Source: Tubiluchus corallicola
Lineage: Eukaryota > Animalia > Priapulida
Direction: 5' to 3'
Assembly (NCBI GenBank): GCA_030141605.1
Contig: JAQGDQ010000147.1
Coordinates: forward strand, 434,530 to 498,529
Length of the DNA stretch: 64,000 bases
This document shows, piece after piece, positions 1 through 55,676 of this stretch (positions within the stretch are counted from its first letter, which is position 1; each line of letters opens with the position of its first letter). The notes below the pieces were generated by a model. That model saw only the letters and a program-made list of their open reading frames with translations. It was not told the origin of the DNA and ran no database searches. Both the position numbers and the translations under genes were made by a program.

Positions 1-183
<183 letters not shown>

Positions 184-385
184 TCTGTTAGCTTCTAGTC
201 TAATGTAATGCTAATTTAATGCAAATAACCTCATATTTTGTTAAGCGCGCCACTCTTTCCCGTATCATTTTTTTCTGTACCTTTTTTCTGTGCCATTTTT
301 TCTTGCGCTATTTTTACCTACACTCGTGGAAATCCGTTAAGTAGGTTTTGCGTATAAGGCTTACTGTTGAACAAAAGACAGAAAA

Positions 386-462
386 CAAGCAAACCAACCA
401 ACCAACCAATCAACCTACAAACCAACCAACAACCAGCCAACCAACCAACCAACCAAACAAAC
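386..462. repeat. (AACC)n microsatellite
   Basis: Direct reading. Confidence 0.9.
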
Positions 463-1544
463 AGCGTTGGAAGCAAAAATAATTATCCCTCACAGTAACT
501 CTAACCCTAATGTCATATTTTATAAGTGTGCCATCTTCCCATTTTTTCATTTGTGCCCTTTTTGCTGTGTCGTTTTTTCCTTGCCATTTTTACCTGTGCC
601 ATTTTTACTGTTCACCCTCTATTTCATCTTTAAAATGTATTGCTTTCACAGTTCCATGCACAATACAAAACTAATTTGAAAAGAAGTCCAAATGACAGTA
701 GGCCTAGGGCCTCGTCAGTGGTGTACGGGGCCTGAAAGCCTCATTTCAAATAGGCTTACAGCTAATGGTCGATTTCAAGACACTAACCGATCCCCGGTAG
801 ATCGCATGAAATTTGCACTCCTCCCTCCAGTGGTTATTCGTTGCTGCGATTTAATTATCAGTTGAAAAAAAACATTTCGTTGACTTCCAATTTAGCTGAA
901 ATGATATGTGTTTATAAAAACGCTACAGTTTGAACAGATGAGAATTTCAAACAATAAGGACTTTTAGAAAGCGATGTCCATGAAACAATCGAGCATAATA
1001 AAACAATGTTTACTTTGAAAAATAAAACATTATTCGAATAGTAAGTTTAAATCACAACATTTTTAGTAGAGAGTAGAATCAGTTTAATTTCTATGGACGG
1101 AATAAGCACTTCATACATCGAGGTTATCTATTGCATTGGAATGCAACTACACGGCTTTGGCTTTGCTACTGAAACCATCTTAAAACATCATTTTAAATTT
1201 GGCTCGTTTATATACGTGTAGTAGTCTTTAAACTACTAAAGCACCAACAGGTTTGACTGTGAAATAACTAAGGGCACGAAGGAGTGGAGTATCATGCAAA
1301 CGCCATAACTATGTGTAGTAGTTGTGATGTCAAGCATTTTTGCAAATGTATTTGAACCGTTCTCAGAGGAAGGATGCATTTTTTATGAAGCCATCGTTTT
1401 TTACGAGGTGCGTTTTTTTATGTCGTGATTAGGAAATCGCTTCAGAAGTGATTTATGTTTAATAAGTCAAGAGGATGAAAGGTTCACAAGTTATATATCA
1501 TGCTAATAAGTCTTCTGTTGTGACAGGGGATTTTGAAACATAGG

Positions 1545-1927
1545 ACACGTCTTTTTTGTCCAAATGTTTTATGTGTACAAATGTCCTTATGTCGAAATAT
1601 CTTATGTGTCATTATGTCCTTTTGTCCAAATATCATTGTGCCCAAATGCCCTATGTATCCAAATGTCCCAGTGTTCAAATGTCTTCCAAATGTTCAAGTG
1701 TCGATCTGTACAAATCGCCTTGTGTCCAGATGACCTATGTGTCTAAATGTTTTGTGCCCAAATACCCCATGTGTCCAAATGTCCTTGTTTCCAAATGTCC
1801 TCGTGTTGAAATGTTATATATGTCGAAATAGCCTTGTGTTCAAAATGCTTTGTCTCCAAATGACCTATGTGTCCAAATGTTTTGTGACAAAACGTGCTGT
1901 GTGGAAATGTCTGTGATGAAATGTCTG
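1545..1927. repeat. Degenerate 17-19-bp minisatellite (TGTCCAAATGTC...)
   Basis: About 20 recurring TGTCCAAATG-like units. Confidence 0.85.
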
Positions 1928-2288
1928 CACTCCACCCCTTTTCTCTTTGTAGTAGTAAGCATGGGCAATACCGACGATAAGATTGTTTTTGGTAACTGAA
2001 ATAAGTTATATTAAAGTAGCCGATTATAATATTAGATTATAATAATAATCAATCCAGTATGTACTGCAGTCAACGAACTTTGCCCATAAATTTGTTTTTT
2101 TTTCAGTTGGTCGTCCTATTGTAGCCATATAGTCGTTTGTAGAAGAAACAACAGTTAAAATGGCTCATGTCAGGTTTGAACCAGCTGCTATTTTGCGGTC
2201 CGTCTTCATAGTTGTGAGTTTCAATCCTTTAACCACATTCGCTGGTGAGTTTCGAATAATGCTACATATCCGAGAATGAGCCAGTTAC

Positions 2289-2493
2289 CAGGACCGGATT
2301 TCCCTAATTGTGGGCCCTATTTAGTATAGGCCACTGTGGGCCCTTATGGTTTTGAATATGTATTATAACGAATGTACAATTGCAACAAGGTTATACGCTG
2401 GCTCGCTGCGAGTCAAAATAGTTTCAGTGGGCTCCCAGCTACCCATGGGCCCTACGCCAATGGCCTACTGGCACATTGGTAAATCCGGCCCCG
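2289..2493. mobile_element. hAT-like MITE
   Basis: CAGGACCGGATTT ... AAATCCGGCCCCG termini and repeated TGGGCCC(T) subterminal motifs. No clean 8-bp TSD was found. Confidence 0.6.
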
Positions 2494-2756
2494 CCGACAC
2501 CTACCAGATAAATTTAAGGAATTATACTAATTACTCCGTTGTTAAATTTTCGTTAACTGAACACTTGGTAGACTACTGCTTTTTATGCTATGAAAGCACA
2601 CTTACAACAAATTCTGTAGTAACGTGGCATTGCGTTTTATTTGCTGTTCAAAGATAAAAGAAATTTAATAATTTGACAACCATTTAATGGCTTACACATA
2701 AGAATGTTTTATAAAAACCTAATCCTGATATAAAAGTATTTCTTTGGTTCTTTTAG

Positions 2757-44761
<42,005 letters not shown>

Positions 44762-45513
44762 TGCAACTCCTGATGGGCTTACTTTTAAATCCACTGCAGT
44801 GATCGAAATATACACATATAGGCAGATCAGCACTTAAGAGTCAGTGGTCTTCACAACATCACTACTCACAGGCTTGAATGTTTCATTAAGCATCTGGCTT
44901 AGCAAAGTACAAAAGCTGCAACAGGATTACTAAGGTCCATATGTCATTAGCAATGGCATGCTTCTTCTTGGGTTAGAATTCGAGTAATTTTTGTAATAAC
45001 TGGCACTAGGTATATGTTTGTAACATTTTTCAACGATACAGCAGTTCTGACGTTCTGTCATTGTTAAGCTAACCACTCATAACGAAAACTTTTTTTTATT
45101 TAAAAAATTGTTTACAAGAATATTATTACAATTAGGAAATGATCAATTATCTAATCATGCTTTTACAATGGAATTTTATTTGTGCAATAATTTTTTTTGT
45201 ACATCTGATGGAAGAACTGCCTTTATATATATTTTACTTGTAATGGTCTTTATTTGCAGAGGAAGTTAGTTTTGATAACAATGTCTGATAATTATACAAA
45301 CGAATATTAAAAAGCGAACGAAATGTTTATAGCGGCTCCGATCCAGTTATATCTTCAACCCATTTTCGATCCCTCGGCCTCATAACACGTAAACAAATGC
45401 TGACAATATGCAACCAAAAGCAAAATAAATACATTGGGCCTAATTAACGCTTTAGGCGATTACAAAGAAAACGTAAAATTTGTTGTATGTATATATACAA
45501 ACATACAGACATT

Positions 45514-45634
45514 CATACATACATACATACATACATACATACATACATACATACATACATACATACATACATACATACATACATACATACATACATACAT
45601 ACATACATACATACATACATACATACATACATAC

Positions 45635-45665
<31 letters not shown>

Positions 45666-45813
45666 CATACATACATACATACATACATACATACATACAT
45701 ACATACATACATACATACATACATACATACATACATACATACATACATACATACATACATACATACATACTTACATACATACATACATACACATATATAT
45801 ATATATATATATA
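45514..45813. repeat. (TACA)n followed by (TA)n
   Basis: Direct reading. Confidence 0.98.
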
Positions 45814-46399
45814 AAATAATACTCCTTATTGCAATTAATAAACACAAATGTACAATACAATATACATATGCGTAAATTTTTTTGTGTACGGACGCGCACA
45901 CAAAACAAAAAACCAACACCTACACATTTCACAGTATGTACGACAATTAAGAACATCGGTATTAACATTACACTGTGCATTAGTTTTGTAGGTAGATATT
46001 ATAGATAGTAATAGGTTTATTGATGAACACAACACAATGTAACGCAACACAATGCAATACAACACTATATAATATAATGAAGCACAATATACAAAGACAG
46101 TAAGCCTAAACATTTGGTTTAGCATCATCATACATTTTGCATAAAAACAATACAACAATACATTTAAAGAGATAAGAAATTTGTTGTTTTAGAACAAAAA
46201 ATATTGTTGTTTTATGAGTTCCTTTTATTAAAACGCTTAGTAAAAACGTTGCGGCTAACATCGTAATTTCGTAATCATCACTGCTTAGTAAGAGTTTGAG
46301 TTTTTCATTAAACAAACTAATACTACTATATTTTCACAACGTAGTACAAAATGTTTCTCGTTTTCAATTTCTTGACTGTTACAATGGTGGCATATTCGC

Positions 46400-48700
46400 T
46401 GCTGAACAGGAATTTTCAGGCGTTGGTGGAGTAATCTTTCAATGAAAAGGCCATGAGCACTTATATGTATTTTAGCGAACTTAGATCCATGGACGGTGCT
46501 TTTAATGATAACTAAGTATTTTTAACATTGATAAGTAAATTTGAGCTTCGAGTATATTCTTAGGTTATTATTTTCTCCACTCTTTCCCTTTTCTTTTGGA
46601 TATATTAAATTTCCAGTAAGAGTCATAGTCTGACAAAAGTTCAAGCTTTAAAGATTTAACGAGCTAAGTTGTAGCCTATATGTTCTGAGATTCCCAAATG
46701 TTTAGAAGACCTGTGTGAGTTAGTACATTTTTAATGAAAAGTAGCTACGGTCCCCATTGTTGTCCACAAGCATCACATTTTCATAATGGAAATGTGAGAT
46801 TAAAGAATTTTCTGGCACGTTTAAGAGACTAATCCAATATTTTACGTTTCGACAATGATATTAGTGTATACTGTATAGTGGGTATATTCCAAGTTCACCC
46901 CGGAGTCATTAATAGAAGTTTCCCGGACGCGCAGTACAAATTTACATAATTTTCTGTTAAGATCTTACATGCTTTCGATACAGTATCCTTCTACACTTTT
47001 TTATTATAAAAAGAAAAGGGTGCCCAAATCTCACACGAGTATAGTGCAACTGGTTTGATCAGGGTGTCAAATAAATTCATTACTGAATTTATGTATTTGT
47101 ACCCCATAGCTTTTGTCTAAGTTTGGTAATGTTACTACTGGCATTAAAGGTTATTCCTTTATAATTTATATCCTTAAATTGGTTTAAACAATTTTGGAAT
47201 CCTGTCTGGCTCGTAGATAACAATACGATGTAAGTCGGCATGCATAATTAATTGAATTTCTTGAGAATGATCGAAAATAGTCTTTTTTGTCATCAACGAA
47301 CAGATTAAATAGAACTGGGCTTAAAATACACCCTTGTTTTTCTCCCATATTTATTAGGAAGGATATGCATAGTTGACCATTTATGTAATTTACTTAGGCA
47401 TAAATGGATGAGTACGTACTTTTAATAGCACTATAGAATTTTTTCTCGAAATTTAATTTTAATTGCTTATAAAAAAATATGTGATGTGTGTCGAAAGCTT
47501 TTTTGAAGTTGACGACGCGCGAATATACGTATTTTCTTTTTGACTGGTTAATGTACTTATTAATTGCAGTTTTCAGTGTTAGAATGTTATCAGAAGTTCT
47601 ATAATATTACTTAAAACCGATCTATTCCCTAGTGACCAGGTTCTCGTTATCAATATGGACTTTACAGTATAGTTTCCCCAAACTACTATTAACAGATATG
47701 CCTCTATAACTAGATGGATCACCTAGGTCTCCCCTTTTAAGAAATGACGTTACTGGCTTTAGGGAACTTTCCGTATAAGTAGACATTGTTAAAATATTTG
47801 GTTAATAAAGGGGTTACGATGTTAGTATCGGCCTTGATCATTTCACTAGCTATGCCGTCTTTCCCGGCAACTATATTATTTTCAGGGATATCATATCACA
47901 GCAGTACTAACTTCTCTTTCAGAGAAGTAAAAATTCAGCTGACAAAGAGTATTCGGTTCGTTGGTCGCAACATATTTTTCAGTGTATTTAAGTAAATAAT
48001 AATGTTTTTATAATATTTTTAAAACGTTCACATTTCTCCTTTCTGCTCATTAAATGTTGGACCTTTTATCAATACAATAATCCCTTCGTCAGTTGCACAT
48101 TCCATTAGAGCTGTGCATTTCGTCAGTGTTTCGCAATTTAGGTTTGCATTCCAACAATTATTTTATGTTTTTTTTCTGTGTAATTTTTGTCTTCCTCTAT
48201 TGCACAGCTGAGAAACCTATATTGGTTTGACATTGAACGACGTACTTGAGGTCGCCCACTGTCACTATAGACTATTTGTCCTATATAGTTTTGTTTTCAT
48301 TCAGCAACAATGGCTAACTATCTTGTTTTATTTACTGCTGGTAAAATTATCTTTTTTTGTTTTTGCATTTAAGGATAATGTCACAAAACTGTTCAAGAAA
48401 TATGATCAATCTTTAAGGTGTGCGCTGTCCATATTAGGCAATTTTCACTAATCTTCAGAAAATCAACTACAATGACAGTATTAATTTTTTGTGAGCCTCT
48501 GACATGTGCAATCTCATTTGAGTGTCTGTTTTCGAAATTGATTAGTATTTCTATTACCAGAAAGATTATCAATTCCTGATAGGTTATTTAAAAAAGGCGG
48601 CTTAACATTTAATTAAACCCAGTCTAACCTCGAATTCCTAAGCAAATCGTTATTTTGTCGTTTATCGGATGCCAAAAACCAAATCTAATAATTTTTATGT
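46400..48700 (-). mobile_element. Decayed LINE ORF2 (RT) remnant
   Basis: The minus strand gives KRGDLGDPSSYRGISVNSSLGKLY (about 47740-47670), VNFKKAFD (about 47510) and GEKQGCILSPVLFNLFVD (about 47345-47290). Many stops; boundaries are approximate. Confidence 0.8.
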
Positions 48701-49824
48701 AATTCATAAATTTCTGCTGAAAAAAAATGTTATTATTTTGCGGATCCTTCTTCCCGTTCCCGAGCGGTTAGTTATTGGCTGAAGTGTGATTAGAGATTTT
48801 AAGCGACTTTTTCTTTAAGCCTCGCTTTTTAAAATGGTGCTTGTTTTGAATTTGTAAGAAAACAGTTTTGAAATCACGGGTTCAAAATTAATGATCAATA
48901 TCGTTTGTTTATTGGCATGTTAGCGTTTATGAACTGTTGATTAGAGTTAATCGTGTATTCATTAGGTTCCTTTCCCCTTACTTAATGTAAATGATTGTAA
49001 CTGAACCGGAATCTAGCTAACTACCAAGGTGAGGCACTAAATAAGCAGAGGATATCCCAGCGTTTGCATTTTCGTATCTTTCCTGAACGAGACAAATTAC
49101 CGGGGACAGTAGGATGAACCATCCAAAAGCATTTTTCTCGGCAGTATTCCATCTATTTCCTAAGCAGGCTCAACATTTACCAAAATGACCATTGGGTGGT
49201 TTATTTAAAGCTCACTCTAGGTAATTATGTTCTACCATTGTACAACTGAGCCTATTGGTTACTCATTGCGTTATTCTTATTGTTTTTACAGCTAAAAGTA
49301 TTAAAATCATTAGAAGAAAATTTTTGTGTTTTCTAGCTTATATTGACTTTGTGGTTATCACTGAGGATCCCACATTTAACATCTAGTGAAAAGAATATGC
49401 CGATTCCTGTATAACCTCAAATTAATTCTTTGTTAGGTGTCCAATTAAAATCGTTACTGAAAAAGTGACAACGATTTCATAATATTTACAAGGTTTATTT
49501 AACAACTTTTATGTACAAACTCAACAACAAGATCGGGATTTACCGCAAATCCTCTACACGAATATTACAACAATATAACCATTCGTCCCTCCCAGCAAAC
49601 GTGACTCTGACTGGGAGAGGAGGAACGGGTTACACGATGAAGGCAACATGATATACGATGGTCATCAGTAGGTGAGTCTCTGTGTGTATGATGTGTGCGG
49701 GTACTTTGGTTAAGTAGTGCGCGAGAATGCAAATGTAACGCCTCCTTCACACTTAAGTTCAACTTGAGTAACTGCTTTTAAATGCAACGTCTCCTCAGGA
49801 TGAAGTTAAGTTTAACTTAAGTCT

Positions 49825-51998
49825 CTAGTAGCCACCACCGCCGTAGCCACCACCGCCGTAGCCACCACCGTGTCCACCGTAACCGCCAGCTAAGTAGGGG
49901 TAGTGTGGATAGTAGTTTCCGTAGGCGTAGGTCGCATGTGGTTTGTAGTAAGAATATCCATTTTTATAGGCGTAACGTTGACCTTTGTTGTAAACTTGCT
50001 TGGCGTTGTTGTAATTGTGGTTGTCGTATAAACCTCGATAACTGAAATAGAGGTAATAATTTATTATAAATTCATAAGTAACAGTTTTTAGTTCGTTGTT
50101 TCTGTGAGAAACATGAAATAACTAATGTAACAAATGTGAAATTTTATGTTGCTTTTGCAGGTTGTACTGTTACTTCGGACTTGAACGTTTAATAATATCA
50201 ATATTAACTTTTTATCTTCGATCAAAATTTATTTGCCTTATAAGTTGGAAATTGGATTTGGTTTTCAGATTTTCAAACGCTTTCGTTTCACCTTGCTGCT
50301 AACAGAAGCAAGAAATACTTACGCGTTTACATATTGGTTTCTCAGTTGATTACCGTTGCCGAATCCGCTGTGGCCATACAGTTTTCCGTAAGTTCCTTGT
50401 CCCCGCCTGTATGCACCACCGTAACGTTTGCCGTAGTTGTCACCGTAACCCTTGTGTCCGTATGAGCCTGTGTGCGCTGCTCCGAAGCTGGGTAATCCGT
50501 AATATCCACCATAACCGCCTGGGTAGCCACTGGCGTAAGCCACGGCAGCCTAAAACAATGAAAGACGAGCTGTCACTAACATTCCTAAACTTCTTGGCCA
50601 AACAACCCAAGTATGTTTTTATCTATTCTGCACATCAAGCTTCAGCAACATTGCTATTACATTTTATCATAAATTGGCTATAATGATACATGTAATTTCC
50701 ACTGAGTACAATCAACGTTATTTTAAATACGAGACATTTTTGGCTGCTAACAGGAATAGTCGTCAGTAAGTTCAGTACGTTCATTTGTACGGTCGCAACA
50801 GCTTATAATTGGACAAAGAATAAAACAGTAACCGAAATGACAATTAAATGATTTAAAATCTGCTATAACAACACAAACGTGTTTATTCTTCTCTATCTTT
50901 TCTTCAATTTTTGGCCATTTCTTACAAGTCACATCCACGTAAATTTAGTTAGATTTAAATTTATGTGTTATGAATAACATCTGTCGCTTATCTGTGTAAA
51001 TTAGAATCCAGGCTCATATAGACCGGCGCTTTTTGGAAAATAGTAATTCAATAAAAAGTCATATTTCGAGCGTTTGATCTTGAGTTCTTGATCTCAGGGT
51101 TATCTGTACGCATACGAGTGCGCCGAAATTTTCAATGATTTTGACGGATGACATAACGCATATTCTTAGGTAAGACGCAATGAGCAATGCTGTCTTTAGA
51201 ATAGCAAGTTATAAAACATTATATCTTTTTACATTTGCATAACGTCTTTAAAACGGCATTTTGATAGAATTAATACGCAGTAAATAGAATTACTAAACTG
51301 GTCATTGTGTAACATTTTGTAGGTCAATCATAGTGACATATCAACAGTACAATCAATGTTTGTTCAGAATAATTTTGTAATACGGTTGACAAAACACCGG
51401 TCAACAGTTCAGTAAGTTTATAGAATGAGTCACGTGATCACCACATTGCCTTAAAATACTGGCCTATAAAGATACTAAAAATTGATTGCGCCGTTTGCTC
51501 GTACCGTGATAAAATTCGGCTGGTAAAATTTGCAAATTTGACTTTACAATGGAAGTTAGACAATACTTTTCTTGATTTTCATACTGACTTCCGGAAAATA
51601 TCCAATGAAAGTCCAAAACAAGTAAATCATTTTCACAATAAAAATGCAAGAATACCAAGAGAATTATAATTATTGCCAAGTTTTATCTGCCCTTTCTCGT
51701 TTTACATGAATAAGTAATGTGATATCTTGGTCAAGTCTAGATCATTGTAGAAAACTTAATTTAAACAGAACAAAACACTTTTTACTATGTAACACTTCAT
51801 TTTACGAAAATATCGTATGTTAAGTTAACAGACAACTGGATAAAGAAACTATAAAGAAACATTCACAAAGAGTAATCTGCATAATGTTGTAACCGGCACG
51901 GTCTGCGTCTGCGCGAAAATCAAAAAAATCAGTAATATAATAGCAGCAGGAGTACATACCAGAGCGCTGGCTGCCAAAATCGTCAGATATATCTTCAT
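49825..51998 (-). CDS. Secreted Gly/Tyr-rich structural protein A (160 aa)
   Basis: Coding exons 51998-51960, 50549-50323 and 50041-49825 have canonical GT/AG sites and matching phases (0, 2). Protein: MKIYLTILAASAL|AAVAYASGYPGGYGGYYG...NQYVNA|YRGLYDNHNY...YPHYPYLAGGYGGHGGGYGGGGYGGGGY*. Signal-peptide-like N terminus; minus-strand AATAAA at 49494-49499. Confidence 0.9.
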
Positions 51999-52227
51999 CG
52001 TATCACCCCCTCCTGAAAATAAGAAAAATCCTTGCATTAGAAATAGCTTTTGCAAAATTTCCACAGCCCCAGTTCAAAATAGGTGGTTCTCTGTTGAAAT
52101 TTAGCTTGGATCACGAAGAAAATTCACAAAAATGCTTATATTTACGGTTTACGTGGAGTCGTAGGTATGTTTATGTTCACCACTGTAAACCTTGTTACCT
52201 TTTAATATGTTGGTATGAGACACTCAC

Positions 52228-52371
52228 TTAACACAAGTGTTCTATTGCACACAAACTAACTAAACTATGACACCCATCTCACTTTCTTTCGGCATATATA
52301 CCTGACGTCATTACATGGTGACCCGAGTAATTCTCTATGGCTGATGATAGAGCTTCGCGGTTCCTGATTGG
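52228..52371 (-). promoter_or_regulatory. Promoter and non-coding first exon of Gly/Tyr protein A
   Basis: On the minus strand: CCAAT (52367-52371), palindromic CRE TGACGTCA (52303-52310), TATATA (52295-52300), Inr-like TCA about 30 bp downstream (about 52270), donor GTGAGT at 52227-52222, and acceptor ttttcag ending at 52013. Confidence 0.65.
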
Positions 52372-54541
52372 TTAGGCGGATAGAGCGTCGCGTATGCCTA
52401 CTGTCAACCATGCTGCCCAGGGGCTGCGGGACAGTAGGTCATAAAGGTGGTGACCAAGGAGAAGAGTAGTGGGATGTCTGTTTTAGTCCCCCAAGATGAT
52501 TGTTCTGTGGCCAGCAAAGCGTAGAAGAAGAAGTAGAAGATGGTTTAGAAAGTGAAAAGTATTTGGGTCACTTTGCGAAGGAAGTGACATGTTGTTACTG
52601 AAACAGCAAGCGGATTAGCGTGACAGATAGTTTCATAAACACCAGTCAGTGGGTGGTGCACAATAATGCCTAATATTAAAGAAAAACGAAATAAAAGTCT
52701 ACGTACTTCATTTTCCTTGTATCCTACATATTTTTTTTAAACATTCGTTTATACTAAAAACAGCTAATGTAGAGCAAAATTAATGTACAACAGATATTAA
52801 TCACCGGCTGAAATTTCAGCTCTAATTAGTTATATGGAATCAGTCTAGCGTGAGTAATATAACATTGGAAATACTGATTTTTTTAGCTGCTTAAAAAGGA
52901 TGATCTTTGGACTACCTTGATCACTGAGGAATAAGGTTGTCTATTGTTTTAGGGCATCGCCTTATAAGGAGAAATTCCCATGACCAAATCCAAGCTGCAT
53001 TCTAACTTGTTCACATTTTCTGTCTTTCAAGTTTGGTATCGAAATTTAATTAATTGAGTTTTCGCCATCATAATACACGAACTTGACCAATGCCTTGTCC
53101 AAGGTCGATGATGCAAGTGAAATGCATTTTAGACAATGAACCGCTGAAAACAACGAAAGTAAAATATGCTTGTACTCTGCTTGAGCTTCTTGTCTAGCCT
53201 CGCATTAATCATTCAGCTTGCTTTCTTTTTATCACGTTATGTACCGTGTATTTAATATAACATAAATGTTTTAGACGTAATCCCAAACATCAAAAGAAAA
53301 TTTTTCATGTACCACTTTGTAAAAAACGTCTTTTCCGTTTTGTTTAGCAAAGTTTCCTATGTATACATTTATCCCCTTCACCCGCCACCTCCGAATTATA
53401 CCACCTATTATGATTTCATTTAATTAATTAATATTAGTAATTTACTACTTAGTTGTTACCTATTGCCTTGACAATAAAGTGGCGCTAATTATAAGTCGCA
53501 CATTCAAGTATTTTAAAATTTAATATTATGAGAATCAAAATTAGCTCTGGTGCTTGTTTTCAAGGCTTCATTTGCGACATAGGAGGACTTTGTCAACAGA
53601 CTTAAATATAGAACGAAATTTGTTTTGCCAAACCTTGCAGTAAACGTCATAATTTGTTTTGTGTCATCTCTTATGTGTTTGTTCGTTAATTCGCCATTCC
53701 TCCTTTTATTGTTTCTTTCTTACCTTTCTCCCTTACTTTTATTTCTTTTTCCTTTCTCTTCTTCTCCCTTTCGTTTTTATCAGACTATATCTTTCCCTAT
53801 TGTTTGCTTACATTTATAGTAATTCGCTGATGTAGCCGTCTATGTAGCATCGATTTACGTACACTACTTCTATATAGTTGCATAGTTGCTTTTTAAAGAA
53901 AAAGAGATAGTGCTCAATTAATTAAAAATAGGTCCTCGATTCACCCAGAACTTCCAGGCGTGGTGTTCAATAATTATTAAAACCCAATTTTACGTATTTT
54001 GTTAATTAAATGAGTGGCTATAAAGTTACTAAAATTGTTTGTACGTCACGGTATCAGTGGTTAATATAAGCGGTAGACCGAAACAGTAAACCAGGCAGAA
54101 GCGTACGAACCGAAAGCTATAGAATTTAGGGACAATTAACAACAGTTACTTTGAGAGTATTATTACTCCTGAAAATACAACTAACCAGGATTATCTACCA
54201 ACTTTTAATTTGAGACTCCAACTGGTCCTACACAAAAATGCTTCCAGAAAAGGGAAAGTTTTTTAAAGACAGCTTTTTAAAGAGAATGAAGGCTGCTCTT
54301 TAATGAGGGTTCAACAGGTCGAGCATTTATTGTGTAAGAAAGAAGGCTCCAGTTACACAGTCGAAAATTGAATTTTTAATCATTTTTTGACATGTCAACT
54401 ACAAATTGAGCTAATTTATGCTTCTCAGGGTGAAACAACCACATCATTTAACATTTATGCCTATAAATGAGTTCTGATAGTATTTACTGAAGAGGTAATG
54501 TTCATTATATGTAGATATGTATATATCTTATGATTAATGTG

Positions 54542-54689
54542 ATTAATGTCAAAATATGAACTTACGATAAAAATTGAAGAAACCCAAATTTAGTTATGTA
54601 CAATATACAACATATAAAATACGTATATACATGTATATGTTCAAGTTTATATTCAATTTTTATCGTAAGTTTATATTTTGGACATTAAT
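54542..54689. repeat. About 37-bp inverted repeat (MITE-like hairpin, 148 bp)
   Basis: attaatgtcaaaatatgaacttacgataaaaattgaa ... ttcaatttttatcgtaagtttatattttggacattaat. Confidence 0.8.
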
Positions 54690-55529
54690 TACTTCTGAGC
54701 AACTTCTGTTTGTTAAGCAGTTACTATAGTACTGTTTAGCAAAAACGTATTCATAAAATAGCATTGTCAGTAGAAATTGGACGCAGTTTATATTATTCTT
54801 TAATTAAATTGATATTAATGTCACTAGAATACGTCACGCGAGACGCGGGTAACCCGCTGTAGGCTTACGTGCCCCACGTAAGCTATATATAACCAGAATA
54901 TCTTCATTATATTCTTATATCCACTGAGCAGTTAATCACTGAATAACTTTAGTAGGTGAAATCTTAACAGTTTCTCTAAGCAGGCAACACATTCATTAGA
55001 ACAGGACCTTGAGCCATTCACAGCCTTGACTCTTTTCAGAGAGCTAAGCCGTAACAGATCGGACGGAAATCATTCCACCCACATCCGGATATTATAATCA
55101 AAATCTGAGTACTAAAATATGATGACAGCGTCAAAAAATCTTTTGTGCTGTTAAAAATTGCCCTTGTATAGTTGTTGCTATTATTATTGATGACAAGAAA
55201 GTTTTCGCTAGCTAACCAGTTATTAGAATAAGCGAGTAAGTTATTTTAGAGACAGGCACATCATAATTACTGACAGAATCACTTTCATAGCTTCGCGATT
55301 ACACGTAGTTCACTATTGACCTAGTTGCGACATACTCATGTGTCCGCAATACATCTGTCACCATTCATCAGCTATAAACGACAGTTTTCACTAGGCATGT
55401 TGTTGGGTCACTAGGACACAATAGATATCGCTGTTTGAATGAGAAATGGAGACTGTCTGACGAGCTCACTGGTTACGCAGTTTAGCTCCAAGGGGAGAAA
55501 TCGATGAATGGGATTTATGAAATTTTATA

Positions 55530-55676
<147 letters not shown>

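Noticed and set aside
45434-45980. YIHT/MYVC repeat ORFs
   Set aside because: They are translations of (TACA)n.
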